Below the pieces are notes generated by a model, which saw nothing but the letters and a program-made list of their open reading frames with translations, did not search any database and was not told where the DNA came from. The position numbers were made by a program, and so were the translations under genes. Shown here one piece after another: positions 41,879 through 51,812 of a stretch of DNA of 64,000 bases (its first letter is position 1; every line of letters begins with the position of its first letter). Source of the stretch: Alphaproteobacteria bacterium (GTDB taxonomy: Bacteria > Pseudomonadota > Alphaproteobacteria > UBA2966); NCBI GenBank assembly GCA_964291395.2, contig OZ219858.1, forward strand, positions 320,001 through 384,000, read 5' to 3'.

Positions 41879-42858
41879 AGATCTGCATCTTCGGAGCCGG
41901 CGCCATCGGGGGACATGTCGGCGCCCTGCTGTCCCGCGCGGGTCTCGACGTCACGCTGATCGCGCGGGGGCCGCACCTCGCAGCCATGAAACAGCATGGG
42001 CTGACCCTCGTCACCGGCGACGGAGACGAGTTCATCGCGCGGCCACGGTGCACGGACGACCCGGCGGAAGCCGGTATCCAGGATTACGTCCTGATCGCGC
42101 TCAAGGCGCATTCCGTGCCGCTGGTCGCGGATCGCATGGCACCGCTTCTCGGTCCCGACACCGTCGTCGTGCCGGTCGTCAACGGCATCCCCTGGTGGTA
42201 CTTCCATAAGCTCGAAGGGCCTTACGAAGATCATCGCATCGCCTGCGTCGACCCCGACGACCGCCAATGGACGCATATCGGCCCCGAACGCGTGGTCGGC
42301 TGCGTCGTCTGGACCTCGGCGGAAATCCAGCGGCCCGGCGTCATCAAACATTCCTACGGCAACCGCATGCCGCTCGGCGAGCCCGACGGCAGGCGATCGG
42401 AGCGCGCCCTCCAACTCAGCAAAGCGATGATCGCGGCCGGCCTCAAGTCGCCGGTAAGGCCGAAGATACGCAACGAGATCTGGATGAAACTGTGGGGCAA
42501 CCTGTCCTTCAACCCGGTGAGCGTTCTGACCGACGCGACGCTGGAGACCCTGGCGACCGATCCCGGCTGCCGCGACCTGCTGCGAGCCATGATGGCGGAG
42601 GGCCGGGCCGTCGGCGAGGCGCTCGGCGCCGAGTTCCCGATGGACGTCGATACCCGCATCAAGGCCGCCGAAGATGTCGGCGCCCACCGCACGTCCATGC
42701 TCCAGGACCTCGACCAGGGCCGCCCCATGGAGATCGACGCACTGGTGAGCTCTGTCGTGGAACTCGGGCGCCTGGTGGGCGTTCCGACTCCGACCATCGC
42801 CCTCGTCCACGCCCTCGTGGTCCGCCGCGCCCGGGAGGCCGGCTGCTATCCAGGCTGA
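41875..42858 (+). CDS. 2-dehydropantoate 2-reductase family (PanE2/oxalyl-CoA reductase-like)
   Basis: ATG 41875 overlaps the ligase stop; MKICIFGAGAIGG, NGIPWWYF, IWMKLWGNLSFNP, HRTSMLQDLDQGRPME. Confidence 0.88.
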   Translation: MKICIFGAGAIGGHVGALLSRAGLDVTLIARGPHLAAMKQHGLTLVTGDGDEFIARPRCTDDPAEAGIQDYVLIALKAHSVPLVADRMAPLLGPDTVVVPVVNGIPWWYFHKLEGPYEDHRIACVDPDDRQWTHIGPERVVGCVVWTSAEIQRPGVIKHSYGNRMPLGEPDGRRSERALQLSKAMIAAGLKSPVRPKIRNEIWMKLWGNLSFNPVSVLTDATLETLATDPGCRDLLRAMMAEGRAVGEALGAEFPMDVDTRIKAAEDVGAHRTSMLQDLDQGRPMEIDALVSSVVELGRLVGVPTPTIALVHALVVRRAREAGCYPG

Positions 42859-42871
42859 CCGTCCCGCCTCG

Positions 42872-42997
42872 CGCCGGGACGGGTGTCATCCCCTCGCGCG
42901 TTTGCCGTAGACTTCGAGGCGGAGGGCTGCGACTCGGCCCCCATCGTGGAGGGGACCTCACGGCTAAACCGTTTCCCGGCCCGCTCGCCGCGCGGAA
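42872..42997 (+). repeat. Degenerate direct-repeat copy of 44521-44634 (leader and first codons of the FadH-like gene)
   Basis: Shared CCCTCGCGCGTTTGCCGTAGACTTCG...CGACTCGGCCCCCATCGTGGAGGG...GGCT(A/G)AACCGTT. Confidence 0.8.
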
Positions 42998-43039
42998 TCC
43001 GAAGCCATAAAGCTGACGCGCGATCACGAGCGGCGGAAC

Positions 43040-43370
43040 CTATGCCGAGGTCTCGGGACCGTGTTTCTCCCCCCATTCGTACAGCGCACGAATGACCGGA
43101 CCGAGCTTTCTTCCCTTTTCGGTCAGCAGGTATTCCGCACGCGGTGGGTGTTGCTCGTAGAACCGCCGTTCAACGACCCCCTTGGCCTCGAGCGTTTTCA
43201 GCCGCGCCCGTGTTGGGCGCGATACCCTCAAGCGATCGGAGAAGTTCCTGAAACCGGCAAACGCCCGATTGAAACAGATCGCGCAGGATCAGGAGGGTCC
43301 AACGATCGCCGACCACACTCGCCGACCGTGCGACCGGGCAATGCAGGTTGCGCTTGGAGATCATCGCCAT
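43040..43370 (-). pseudogene. HxlR-family winged-HTH regulator, frameshifted
   Basis: CPVARSASVVGDRWTLLILRDL...RFQELLRSLEGIAPNT, then frame change near 43208 to ARLKTLEAKGVVERRFYEQHPPRAEYLLTEKG. Confidence 0.85.
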
Positions 43371-43482
43371 GATCGAGATGGATACCGGTCGCGCCACGGC
43401 GAGCGAATCCAGTCAGGGGGTACTCTAGCATCTTGACTCACAACAGCCAATTGACGTTACTACATGTACGGAACTTACTGAA

Positions 43483-44445
43483 ATGAAAAACTCGTGGACT
43501 GGAATGGTTGCGACACTGCTCGTCGGCTGTACCGGCGGCGTCGACCTCTCCTCGCAATACGCGGCCTACGACGCGGCGTTCCGGCAAGAGCACGAGCAGA
43601 TCATCCACACCGTGCCGCGCGACGGGTTCACGCTGCACGCTCGCGAGTTCGCGCCGGACGATATCGAGACCTCCGATGCCCCCTACATCCTGATGCACGG
43701 CTTTCCCGATAGTCTCCATCTTTATGACCGTCTCGCGCCGCTGCTGGCCAAAAAACGCCGCGTGATCACCTTTGATTTCCTCGGTTGGGGTAATTCGGAC
43801 AAACCGGAAGACCACCGCTACGACGTCGCCAGCCTACGGCGCGATCTCGAAGCAGTGATCGCCTATTTCGGTTTGCGGCGGGTCCGGCTGGTGGTGCACG
43901 ACGCATCGGGTCTTCCCGGCATCGATTATGCGATCGACAATCCGGACCGGACGGTCGAGCTCATCCTGCTGAACACGCTCTACGCCCCGTCGGAGAAGCG
44001 GATCATGCCGCCGTCGATAAAACGGTTCTCGACGCTCGGCCTGAGACGTGACCTTCTGGTCTTCGGCGCCAAGCGAAGCGACTCGTTGTGGCGGGACGGC
44101 CATGCCGGGCAGGTCGGAGCGTTCTTCGCCGACTCGGCGATCCGCGACCAGTACTTGCCGATCTTCTCGCATCAGGCACTCGGCATCAGGTCGGCATTCT
44201 TCGGCCTGACCGGGGTGTGGACTGCAGAGGTGCAAGCGCGGGCGAGGCGCGTCGCCGAGCTTCGCCATCTCGAGGTGCCGACGAAGATCATCTTTGGCAC
44301 CGAGGATCCCTATCTCAACCCGGCATTGGCTCGCGAGCTCGGCCACCTGATCCCCAATGTGCGGCTGTGGCTGGTCGAGGCCGCCGGCCACTACGTCCAA
44401 CTCGACAGGCCCGAAGAGGTGGCCCGACTCGTTCTGGACACCTGA
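43483..44445 (+). CDS. Alpha/beta hydrolase (haloalkane dehalogenase/epoxide hydrolase fold), possible lipoprotein
   Basis: LLVGC lipobox-like; HGFP, DFLGWGNSDKP, nucleophile elbow VVHDASG, AGHYVQLDRP. Confidence 0.85.
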   Translation: MKNSWTGMVATLLVGCTGGVDLSSQYAAYDAAFRQEHEQIIHTVPRDGFTLHAREFAPDDIETSDAPYILMHGFPDSLHLYDRLAPLLAKKRRVITFDFLGWGNSDKPEDHRYDVASLRRDLEAVIAYFGLRRVRLVVHDASGLPGIDYAIDNPDRTVELILLNTLYAPSEKRIMPPSIKRFSTLGLRRDLLVFGAKRSDSLWRDGHAGQVGAFFADSAIRDQYLPIFSHQALGIRSAFFGLTGVWTAEVQARARRVAELRHLEVPTKIIFGTEDPYLNPALARELGHLIPNVRLWLVEAAGHYVQLDRPEEVARLVLDT

Positions 44446-44595
44446 CCGGACGCTGAAAATTCCTGGCATCGGTCTCGGCGTCGAAGGACTGCTCTTGCAC
44501 TCGGCGGGTGAGCTTCTCATCGTCGGACGGCTGTTACCCCCTCGCGCGTTTGCCGTAGACTTCGCGACTCGGCCCCCATCGTGGAGGGAGGACTC

Positions 44596-46566
44596 TTGGC
44601 TGAACCGTTCCCGAATCTGTTCGCCCCGCTGAAAGTGGGGACGTACACCCTCAAGAACCGGATCATGAACACCGGTCACGCGGCCCATTTTCAAACCGGT
44701 GACGGCATCCCGACCGACCGCTACGTCGACTACGTCCGCGAACGTGCCAAGGGAGGCGTGGGCATCATCGTCACGGGGTTCACGGTCACCCGGTACGACG
44801 GCGACGCGGCCCTGTCGCTGGCCAACTACGACGAGAGGATCACCGCCGCCTACGGAAAGTTCTCGGAAGCGACGCACGCGTACGGCGTGCCCATGTTGGC
44901 GCAGCTCGGACATCGCGGACGCCGGGTCTCGGATGGTGCGGCCTATCTGCAGCGCACCATCGAGGCGCCGTCGGCCGTGCCGGCGCCCGACTTTTCCTCT
45001 CCCCAACTGGTGCCCCATGCGATGTCCACCGCGGAAGTCGAAGAGGTCGTCGAGTCCTTCGCCACGGCGACACGGCGGGTCGTCCGTGGCGAGATGGATG
45101 GCGTAGAGCTGGCCGTGGGCCTCGATTTCCTGTTCGCCAACTTTCTCAGCCAGTATGCCAACCGGCGGGATGACAAGTACGGTGGTGGAACGCTCGAAGA
45201 GCGCATGACGTTTCTCGATGAAGTCATCGACGTGGTGCGCGGCGAACTCGGGCCCGAGCGCCTGCTGGGAATCCGCTTCTACGACGACCTCGTGGACTAC
45301 AGCCTGGGACTGGAGGACTACAAGCGGGTCGCCAGCCTGGTCGAAGCCGGCGGCAAGGTGAATTACTTCAACATGTGGCAGGGCATCGTGCCGAGCCCGC
45401 GAAGCGGCCGGGAACACTGGCCGCCCCACTACTACAAGCCTGGACAATTCGCCTATCTGCCGGCGGGTCTCAAGGAAGCGACCACGCTGCCGGTTGTCGG
45501 CACGGGGCGCATCGACTCCCCGGCGTTGGCAGACAGCATGATCGCGGAGGGCAAGGCCGACGTCATCGGCATGGCGCGGGCGCTGATTGCCGACGCACAT
45601 TGGGCCAACAAGGCCCGCGACGGCCACGCCGACGATATCCGCACCTGCATCGCCTGCACCCAGAGCTGCGTTGGACACATCTACATCGGCATGGGCGTCG
45701 GCTGTATCTACAACCCGGTGACCGGACGCGAGCGCGAGTGGTCCGAGCTGCGGCCGGCCGAAACGAAGAAGAAGGTGGTGATCGTAGGCGCCGGGCCGGC
45801 CGGTTGCGAGGCCGCACGCATCGCGGCGGAACGAGGCCACGACGTCGTGGTCTTCGAGACGGGCCAGCGGATCGGCGGTCAGGTCAATCTCGTGATGCGG
45901 ACGCCCGCCCGGGAAATCTTCGAACAGATCATCCTTTTTTTCGAACGCCAGCTCGAAAAACTGAGCGTCGACGTCCGGCTGCAACACGAGGCGGGGCCTG
46001 ACGACGTGCTGGCGGAAAACCCGGACACCGTCGTCGTAGCCACGGGCTCGACGGCCTTCATGCCGGACGTGATCGGCACCGGCCAGAAACACGTGCTGAG
46101 CAGCCGCGACGTGCTGCTCGGCAACGCCGAAATCGGCGAGCGGGTCCTCGTGGTCGACACCCTGGGCCGGGCCGAGGCGCCCACCGTGGCCGAATACCTT
46201 GCGGATCGGGGCCGTCAGGTCGAGATCGTCACGGGCCTCGAATACGTGGGCCGCAACATGCCGGTCCCCGCCTGGCACGTCCAACTCGAACGCTTGATGC
46301 GGAAGGGGGTGACGCTGACGCCGTTTACGGGCGTCTGGGAGGTCACGGAAAACGCCGTCGACGTCTACAACGTCGTCTCGTGGGAGCCGCATACGATCGA
46401 CGGCGTCGACACGGTGGTCATGGCCGCCGGCGGGCGGGCGGACGATGGGCTGTACCACGAGCTTCACGGGCGGCACGCCGACGTTCGTGCCATCGGCGAC
46501 TGCTACCAGCCGCGCGACATCGAGCTGGCCGTAGTCGACGGCCACCGCGTGGCCCGGCAGATCTAG
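44596..46566 (+). CDS. FadH/TMADH-like multi-domain flavoenzyme (OYE barrel, 4Fe-4S, FAD domain)
   Basis: TTG start after GGAGG; ERAKGGVGII, ANRRDDKYGG, CIACTQSC-x11-C cluster motif, VIVGAGPAG, IGDCYQPR. Confidence 0.9.
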   Translation: MAEPFPNLFAPLKVGTYTLKNRIMNTGHAAHFQTGDGIPTDRYVDYVRERAKGGVGIIVTGFTVTRYDGDAALSLANYDERITAAYGKFSEATHAYGVPMLAQLGHRGRRVSDGAAYLQRTIEAPSAVPAPDFSSPQLVPHAMSTAEVEEVVESFATATRRVVRGEMDGVELAVGLDFLFANFLSQYANRRDDKYGGGTLEERMTFLDEVIDVVRGELGPERLLGIRFYDDLVDYSLGLEDYKRVASLVEAGGKVNYFNMWQGIVPSPRSGREHWPPHYYKPGQFAYLPAGLKEATTLPVVGTGRIDSPALADSMIAEGKADVIGMARALIADAHWANKARDGHADDIRTCIACTQSCVGHIYIGMGVGCIYNPVTGREREWSELRPAETKKKVVIVGAGPAGCEAARIAAERGHDVVVFETGQRIGGQVNLVMRTPAREIFEQIILFFERQLEKLSVDVRLQHEAGPDDVLAENPDTVVVATGSTAFMPDVIGTGQKHVLSSRDVLLGNAEIGERVLVVDTLGRAEAPTVAEYLADRGRQVEIVTGLEYVGRNMPVPAWHVQLERLMRKGVTLTPFTGVWEVTENAVDVYNVVSWEPHTIDGVDTVVMAAGGRADDGLYHELHGRHADVRAIGDCYQPRDIELAVVDGHRVARQI

Positions 46567-46574
46567 ACGGCGCC

Positions 46575-47474
46575 GTGGCTCGCGACCTGCAGTTCCAGGT
46601 TCTGCTGCTGCCCAACGCGCCGTGGGATGAGCTGTCGGCGCGGTTTCGACACGTGGAGGCGCTCGGCTTTGACCTCGTGGCCACGGCGGATCACTTCGTC
46701 GACTGGCGCAACCCTTCGATTCCATGGCTGGAAGGATGGACGGTGCTGGCGGCGGCGGCGCGCGAGACCTCGCGAATCAAGATCGCCACATACGTCACCC
46801 AGATCCCGTTTCGCAACCCGGCCATGTTGGCGCTCCAGGCGCTGACCGTGGACCAGATCTCCCAAGGCCGGCTGGTCGTCGGAATCGGCACGGGCCTCGT
46901 CGAGGATCCTGCCTACGACATGATCGGCATTCCGAATTGGAGCTACGCGGAGCGCGTGGCGCGCCTGAAGGAATACGTCGAGATCGTCGACCTGATGTTG
47001 ACCAACGAGACCACGACCTACCGGGGCGCGTACTACGCCATCACGGACGCCGTGATGATCCCCCGGCCGATCCAGAAACCGCGCCCGCCGATCGCCATTG
47101 GCGCCATGGGTCCTGTCATGATCAAGCATGCGGCTCGCTACGCCGATATCTGGAACAGCCTCAGCTTCGCGGAGACCTTTGAGAAGCAGCTCCGGGAAAC
47201 GCGGCACCGCATGGAACTCCTGGACGAGCACTGCGCCGCGATCGGCCGCGACCCGGCCACCATCCGGCGCTCCTACGTGGTTCTGGATCAGGGCGCCCGG
47301 AACAGCGGCGGCGCCATCGGCTATTACGCGTCGACCGACGCCTTCGCCGAGAAGGTGGAGCGGGTCATCGACATCGGGATCACCGAAATCGTGCTGCATT
47401 ACCCACTGGTGGAGCGGGAGATGCCCATATTCGAACGGGTCGCGACGGACATCATCCCGAAGCTGAAGCGGTAA
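46575..47474 (+). CDS. LLM-class oxidoreductase
   Basis: EALGFDLVATADHF, FRNPAMLA, VDQISQGRLVVGIG, PRPIQKPRPPI. Confidence 0.88.
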   Translation: MARDLQFQVLLLPNAPWDELSARFRHVEALGFDLVATADHFVDWRNPSIPWLEGWTVLAAAARETSRIKIATYVTQIPFRNPAMLALQALTVDQISQGRLVVGIGTGLVEDPAYDMIGIPNWSYAERVARLKEYVEIVDLMLTNETTTYRGAYYAITDAVMIPRPIQKPRPPIAIGAMGPVMIKHAARYADIWNSLSFAETFEKQLRETRHRMELLDEHCAAIGRDPATIRRSYVVLDQGARNSGGAIGYYASTDAFAEKVERVIDIGITEIVLHYPLVEREMPIFERVATDIIPKLKR

Positions 47475-47500
47475 TATCACACCAATCAGGAGGATGTGCC

Positions 47501-47968
47501 ATGGCGGACCTGGACCACGACCATTTCATGGGCTTGGCCCTGGACGAAGCGCAGGCGTCACACGATGCCGGCAACCTTGCCGTGGGGAGCGTCATCGTCC
47601 TCGACGGTGAGGTCGTCGGGCGCGGCCGCAACTGGACCGCAACTCACGAAGATCCGCTGTCGCATGCCGAGGTCGACGCCATCCGCGACGCCTGCAAGCG
47701 ACTGGGCCGAGCCAGCTTGGCCGGCGCAACCCTCTATTCCGTGGCGGAGTCCTGTCCCATGTGCCTTTGGGCCATCCACGAGTCGGGCATCGATCGGCTC
47801 GTGCTCGGAGCCCGCCACATGGCCCTCGGCATCACACGATTCGGCGATTATACGGTCGAGAGCATGATCGACTTCACCAAGAGCAATCTCCAGCTGCTCA
47901 CGGGTGTCCGGGAGGCCGAATGCGTCGCGATGCGGGGCAAGCCGGGCGGTTATCTGATCGAGCGCTGA
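47501..47968 (+). CDS. Nucleoside/guanine deaminase (cytidine deaminase-like fold)
   Basis: DPLSHAEVDAIR and ESCPMC zinc motifs; AGGAGG RBS. Confidence 0.88.
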   Translation: MADLDHDHFMGLALDEAQASHDAGNLAVGSVIVLDGEVVGRGRNWTATHEDPLSHAEVDAIRDACKRLGRASLAGATLYSVAESCPMCLWAIHESGIDRLVLGARHMALGITRFGDYTVESMIDFTKSNLQLLTGVREAECVAMRGKPGGYLIER

Positions 47969-48876
47969 GGCCGCCGGCGCGGCGGGTCCAGCGATTCCTC
48001 CAGGCAGGCCTCCAGAAGTTCGGCGAACCGCTGCGCAATTCGGGACAACGGCTTGTGCGCCGGACGGAGCAGCGCCAAGTCTATCGGAATGGCCGGCTCG
48101 AAGGGCCGGACCGCGAAATCCCGATGCCCGTCGGCTTCCGGCAGCAGGGGTCCGACGACGGATACACCCAGGCCCCGCCCGACCAGACCCAGGATTCCCG
48201 CCATCGTTCGCGCCTGCAGTTTCAGGACCCGGTGCACACCGGCAGTCTCAAAGACTTCGTCGACCATGTGCCGGAAGATCGAATCCGTCCTGAAGGAAAC
48301 AAAGACCTCCCCTTCCAGGTCGCGGGCGGCCACGGTCGTCTTCGCGGTCAGGGAATGATCCCGCGGCAGGACGCAAACCGCCTCAAGCCGCGCGAGGGGC
48401 CGGGACTCGATCGCGGCGTTGTCGACAGGCAGGGCGCACAGGCCGATATCGCATTGCCGCGAAACGATCCGCTCGAAGACCCGCTGCGAAGGCTGGACCT
48501 CCAAGGACACGAGCACGTCGGGATAGGTGCCGGAGAACCGGCGGACCACTTCCGGCACCAAGGAGTTCGCGAGACTGGGGATCGTCACCAAGCTGACGTG
48601 ACCCGTTCCGTACTCCCTGATGGCTTCCGCGGTTCGGAAGATCTGATCGAGACCGATGAACGCGCGATCGACCTCCTCGTAAAAGGCCTCCCCTTCCGCG
48701 GTCGGGATCAGTTGCCGATTGGCGCGCTCGAAAAGCTTGAACCCGATTTCGGCCTCCAGCTCGGCGATCATTCGGCTGACGGCCGGCTGGGACACGGACA
48801 GGACGCCGGCGGCCCGGGTCGCGGTCCCGGTGATCATCACGGCACGGAAGGCCTCGACTTGGCGGAGCGATATCAT
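47950..48876 (-). CDS. LysR-family transcriptional regulator
   Basis: MISLRQVEAFRAVMITGTATRAAGVLSVSQPAVSRMIAELE...LFER. Confidence 0.93.
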   Translation of the reverse strand: MISLRQVEAFRAVMITGTATRAAGVLSVSQPAVSRMIAELEAEIGFKLFERANRQLIPTAEGEAFYEEVDRAFIGLDQIFRTAEAIREYGTGHVSLVTIPSLANSLVPEVVRRFSGTYPDVLVSLEVQPSQRVFERIVSRQCDIGLCALPVDNAAIESRPLARLEAVCVLPRDHSLTAKTTVAARDLEGEVFVSFRTDSIFRHMVDEVFETAGVHRVLKLQARTMAGILGLVGRGLGVSVVGPLLPEADGHRDFAVRPFEPAIPIDLALLRPAHKPLSRIAQRFAELLEACLEESLDPPRRRPQRSIR

Positions 48877-48983
48877 TCGGAGCACCCCCTGTTCGTCCGA
48901 GGTTGACGGAGCCGCACGACCTCGTTCGGCGACGACCGAGCGCCGCCGAGAATATCCGGGCATGAGCGAATCGTGCCCTAAAT

Positions 48984-48998
48984 ATAATATTTCGTAAT
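48984..48998. promoter_or_regulatory. Putative LysR recognition box in the AT-rich divergent promoter
   Basis: ATAA-N7-TAAT (T-N11-A) between divergent LysR and ABC genes. Confidence 0.45.
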
Positions 48999-49076
48999 GA
49001 GATATCAAAATTTTGGCACTCTTGATTATGAAAAATCAGAGCGATACCATGGGCCGATCCTGCATGGGGCAGAGCG

Positions 49077-49922
49077 ATGACGATTGTCGGGACACACGCC
49101 GGATCGAGGCGATTGCCACCGCCGCGCGCGCGAACACCGCTGCTTTCCCGAAAGTCCCCCCTCTTCAGCCTGGTACAGCTTGCCGTGCTGCTGGGCGGGG
49201 TGACTTGGCTCATCTACAGCGGCGCCCAGGCGATGGAATACAATTGGCAATGGTACCGGGTGGACCGCTACATCTACCGGATCGTCGACGGCGAGTTCAT
49301 CTTCGGCCCCCTGCTGCGGGGCCTCGGCGTAACCCTCGAAATGGCGGTCTGGAGCGTGTTTCTCGCCATCGCGATCGGCATGGTGACCGCACTCCTGCGC
49401 CTGTCGAACTCGGCGTCCGGACGTTTTCTGGCGACGGTCTACCTCGAGGCCATTCGTAACACGCCGCTGCTGGTCCAGCTGTTTTTGTTCTACTACGTGC
49501 TGGCGCCGATCCTGGGAATCGACAGATTCTGGGCCGGAGTTCTGTGTCTTTCTTTTTTCGAGGGGTCCTTCGCCAGCGAGATCATCCGGGCGGGCCTCCA
49601 GTCGGTTCCCAGGGGGCAGTACGAAGGCTCGGACGCCCTTGGATTTACCAAGCTCGACCGCCTGCGTTTCATCTTACTGCCGCAGGCGATACCCCTGATC
49701 CTTCCACCGATGACCGGACTGCTGATATCGCTCATCAAGCATTCCGCAATCGTCAGTGTGATCGCCGTGGCAGATTTGACGACCGAGGGAATGAACATCA
49801 TTTCGGAAACCTTCATGGCGTTCGAAATCTGGTTCACGGTCGCCGCCATTTATTTGGTGATTACCGTGTCGCTTTCGTTCTTCGTTTCATGGCTGGAACA
49901 CCTCATGAAGCGGCACCGGTGA
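49077..49922 (+). CDS. Polar amino-acid ABC transporter permease
   Basis: IRNTPLLVQL, SEIIRAGLQSVPRGQYEG (EAA loop), LLPQAI. Confidence 0.92.
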   Translation: MTIVGTHAGSRRLPPPRARTPLLSRKSPLFSLVQLAVLLGGVTWLIYSGAQAMEYNWQWYRVDRYIYRIVDGEFIFGPLLRGLGVTLEMAVWSVFLAIAIGMVTALLRLSNSASGRFLATVYLEAIRNTPLLVQLFLFYYVLAPILGIDRFWAGVLCLSFFEGSFASEIIRAGLQSVPRGQYEGSDALGFTKLDRLRFILLPQAIPLILPPMTGLLISLIKHSAIVSVIAVADLTTEGMNIISETFMAFEIWFTVAAIYLVITVSLSFFVSWLEHLMKRHR

Positions 49923-49972
49923 TGCGTAATGTGCAACCCCAGAGTCCTCACAATGCAAGGGAGGTTAATCGC

Positions 49973-50806
49973 ATGATATCTACAAAGCTGTTTAGAAACG
50001 CGGTCATCACAGCGGTGGTCGCTCTCGGTTTCATCGGCCCGGCCAAGACCGACACGCAACAGGATCTCGCGGGTGACAGCGTCATCGAGGAAATCAAGAA
50101 ACGCGGGGTCATGCGTGTCGGCATGTCGACGTTCGTGCCCTGGGCCATGCGCGCCAAGGACGGCAGCCTGATCGGCTTCGAGATCGACGTGGCGAAGCAA
50201 GTGGCGGAGGATATGGATGTCGAGATCGAGTTCGTTCCGACGGCCTGGTCCGGAATCATTCCCGCGCTGATCGCCAAGAAGTTCGACGTGATCATCGGCG
50301 GTATGTCGATCACGCCAGGGCGGAACTTGACGGTCAACTTCACGATTCCCTACGCCCATTCGGGCCAGCAAATGGTGGCCAGCAAAGCGCTCGCGGACGG
50401 GATGAGCGTGGACGAATTCAACAGCTCGAAGGTAACCATTGCCTGTCGCCGCGGCGCCACGCCCTGCACGGCGGCTCAGGAACTCTTTCCGAAGGCCAGC
50501 CTCCGGCGGTTCGATGACGACGCTCAGGCGTTTCAGGAAGTGGTCAACGGCAAGGCACACGCCTTCATTACCTCCGCCCCAAAGCCTCGTTTCTGGATGC
50601 AGAAGCACCCTGGAAAGCTTTTCATGCCGACCGAAGAAAATCTGACCCGGGGCGACGAGGCGTTTGCGCTTCGTAAAGGTGATCCGGATGCCCTCAATTT
50701 CTTCAGCAACTGGATCCGCGTTCACACGAGCAACGGCTGGTTGAAGGAGCGTCACGACTTCTGGTTCACCACCCAGGAATGGACCGGCAGGGTCGAGCAG
50801 CAGTAG
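49973..50806 (+). CDS. Polar amino-acid ABC transporter substrate-binding protein
   Basis: Signal peptide MISTKLFRNAVITAVVALG; LIGFEIDVAK, WSGIIPALIAKKFDVIIGGMSITPGR. Confidence 0.92.
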   Translation: MISTKLFRNAVITAVVALGFIGPAKTDTQQDLAGDSVIEEIKKRGVMRVGMSTFVPWAMRAKDGSLIGFEIDVAKQVAEDMDVEIEFVPTAWSGIIPALIAKKFDVIIGGMSITPGRNLTVNFTIPYAHSGQQMVASKALADGMSVDEFNSSKVTIACRRGATPCTAAQELFPKASLRRFDDDAQAFQEVVNGKAHAFITSAPKPRFWMQKHPGKLFMPTEENLTRGDEAFALRKGDPDALNFFSNWIRVHTSNGWLKERHDFWFTTQEWTGRVEQQ

Positions 50807-50818
50807 CGGTAGAGGAGA

Positions 50819-50850
50819 TCACCCCCGACAGTCCGGACCGTCGGGGGTGA
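50819..50850. terminator. Intercistronic stem-loop after the SBP gene (mRNA-stabilising or partial terminator)
   Basis: TCACCCCCGAC...GTCGGGGGTGA 11-bp inverted repeat; no U-tract. Confidence 0.55.
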
Positions 50851-50869
50851 CCTCGAGGGAGTCATCGAT

Positions 50870-51778
50870 ATGACGGTGGATCGCTCGCCACCGCCGGCCG
50901 AGCGCAGGCGGCGAATTCAGAAGGTGGACGTGGGGGTCATCACGCTGGTGATCCTGCTCTTCGCCTTCGTCGTCTATCGCGTCGACTACGTTCTTGTCTA
51001 CGACTGGGATTGGGAGCCGGTGCTCAATTTCATCGTCACGACCGACCCCGAAACCGGATCCTGGATGGCGAACCTGCTGGTCGAGGGCCTGATGATGACC
51101 CTGCGCCTCGCATTTTGGGGAACCATCGTCGCCGCGGTTATCGGGTTGCTGATGGGGCTTTGCCGTGTCAGCGGCGATCTGTTCTTGCGGATGATGTCCA
51201 GGTTGTACGTCGAGCTGATCCGGAACATTCCTCCCCTCGTATTCATTTTCGTCTTCTACTTTTTCATCAGCAGCCAGATCATGCCGCTGCTGGGCGTCGA
51301 GGAATTCGCCCGCGAAGCGTCACCAACCACTCAGAAAGTGATCGGTCTGTTTTTCAGTCCGATCGGACTGTTCAGCAACTTTTTGGCCGGCGTGATCTGC
51401 CTTGCCATGTTCGAAGGAGCCTACATCACCGAGATCGTGCGGGCCGGAATTCAATCGATAGACAAAGGCCAGTGGGAAGGTGCGCGGGCCATCGGCTTGT
51501 CACGTTTTGACGTGATGCGTGACGTGATTTTGCCCCAGGCCATCAGGAAGATATTGCCGCCTCTGGCCGGGCAGTTCATCACTCTGGTCAAGGACTCGGC
51601 GATCGTGGCTCTGATATCGGTCCAGGAGCTCACCTTTTCCGGGATCGAAGTGGCCGCGACCACCACACGCGTCTTTGAAACGTGGATTGTCGTGGGGGCC
51701 ATGTACTTCGTCGTGTGTTACGTTTTCGCCGTGCTGTTCAGGCGCTGGGAAACATCGATGCCGCAGGACAAGCGCTGA
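50870..51778 (+). CDS. Polar amino-acid ABC transporter permease
   Basis: [32 protein letters not shown]. Confidence 0.92.
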   Translation: MTVDRSPPPAERRRRIQKVDVGVITLVILLFAFVVYRVDYVLVYDWDWEPVLNFIVTTDPETGSWMANLLVEGLMMTLRLAFWGTIVAAVIGLLMGLCRVSGDLFLRMMSRLYVELIRNIPPLVFIFVFYFFISSQIMPLLGVEEFAREASPTTQKVIGLFFSPIGLFSNFLAGVICLAMFEGAYITEIVRAGIQSIDKGQWEGARAIGLSRFDVMRDVILPQAIRKILPPLAGQFITLVKDSAIVALISVQELTFSGIEVAATTTRVFETWIVVGAMYFVVCYVFAVLFRRWETSMPQDKR

Positions 51779-51812
51779 GCCCCATCGGCACAAGATCGGA
51801 GGGCAGGTCACG

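Noticed and set aside
43834-46725. 963-aa minus-strand ORF and similar long ORFs (20427-22373, 59483-61114, 1159-2349)
   Set aside because: Antisense shadows of well-supported genes in high-GC DNA; no recognisable motifs
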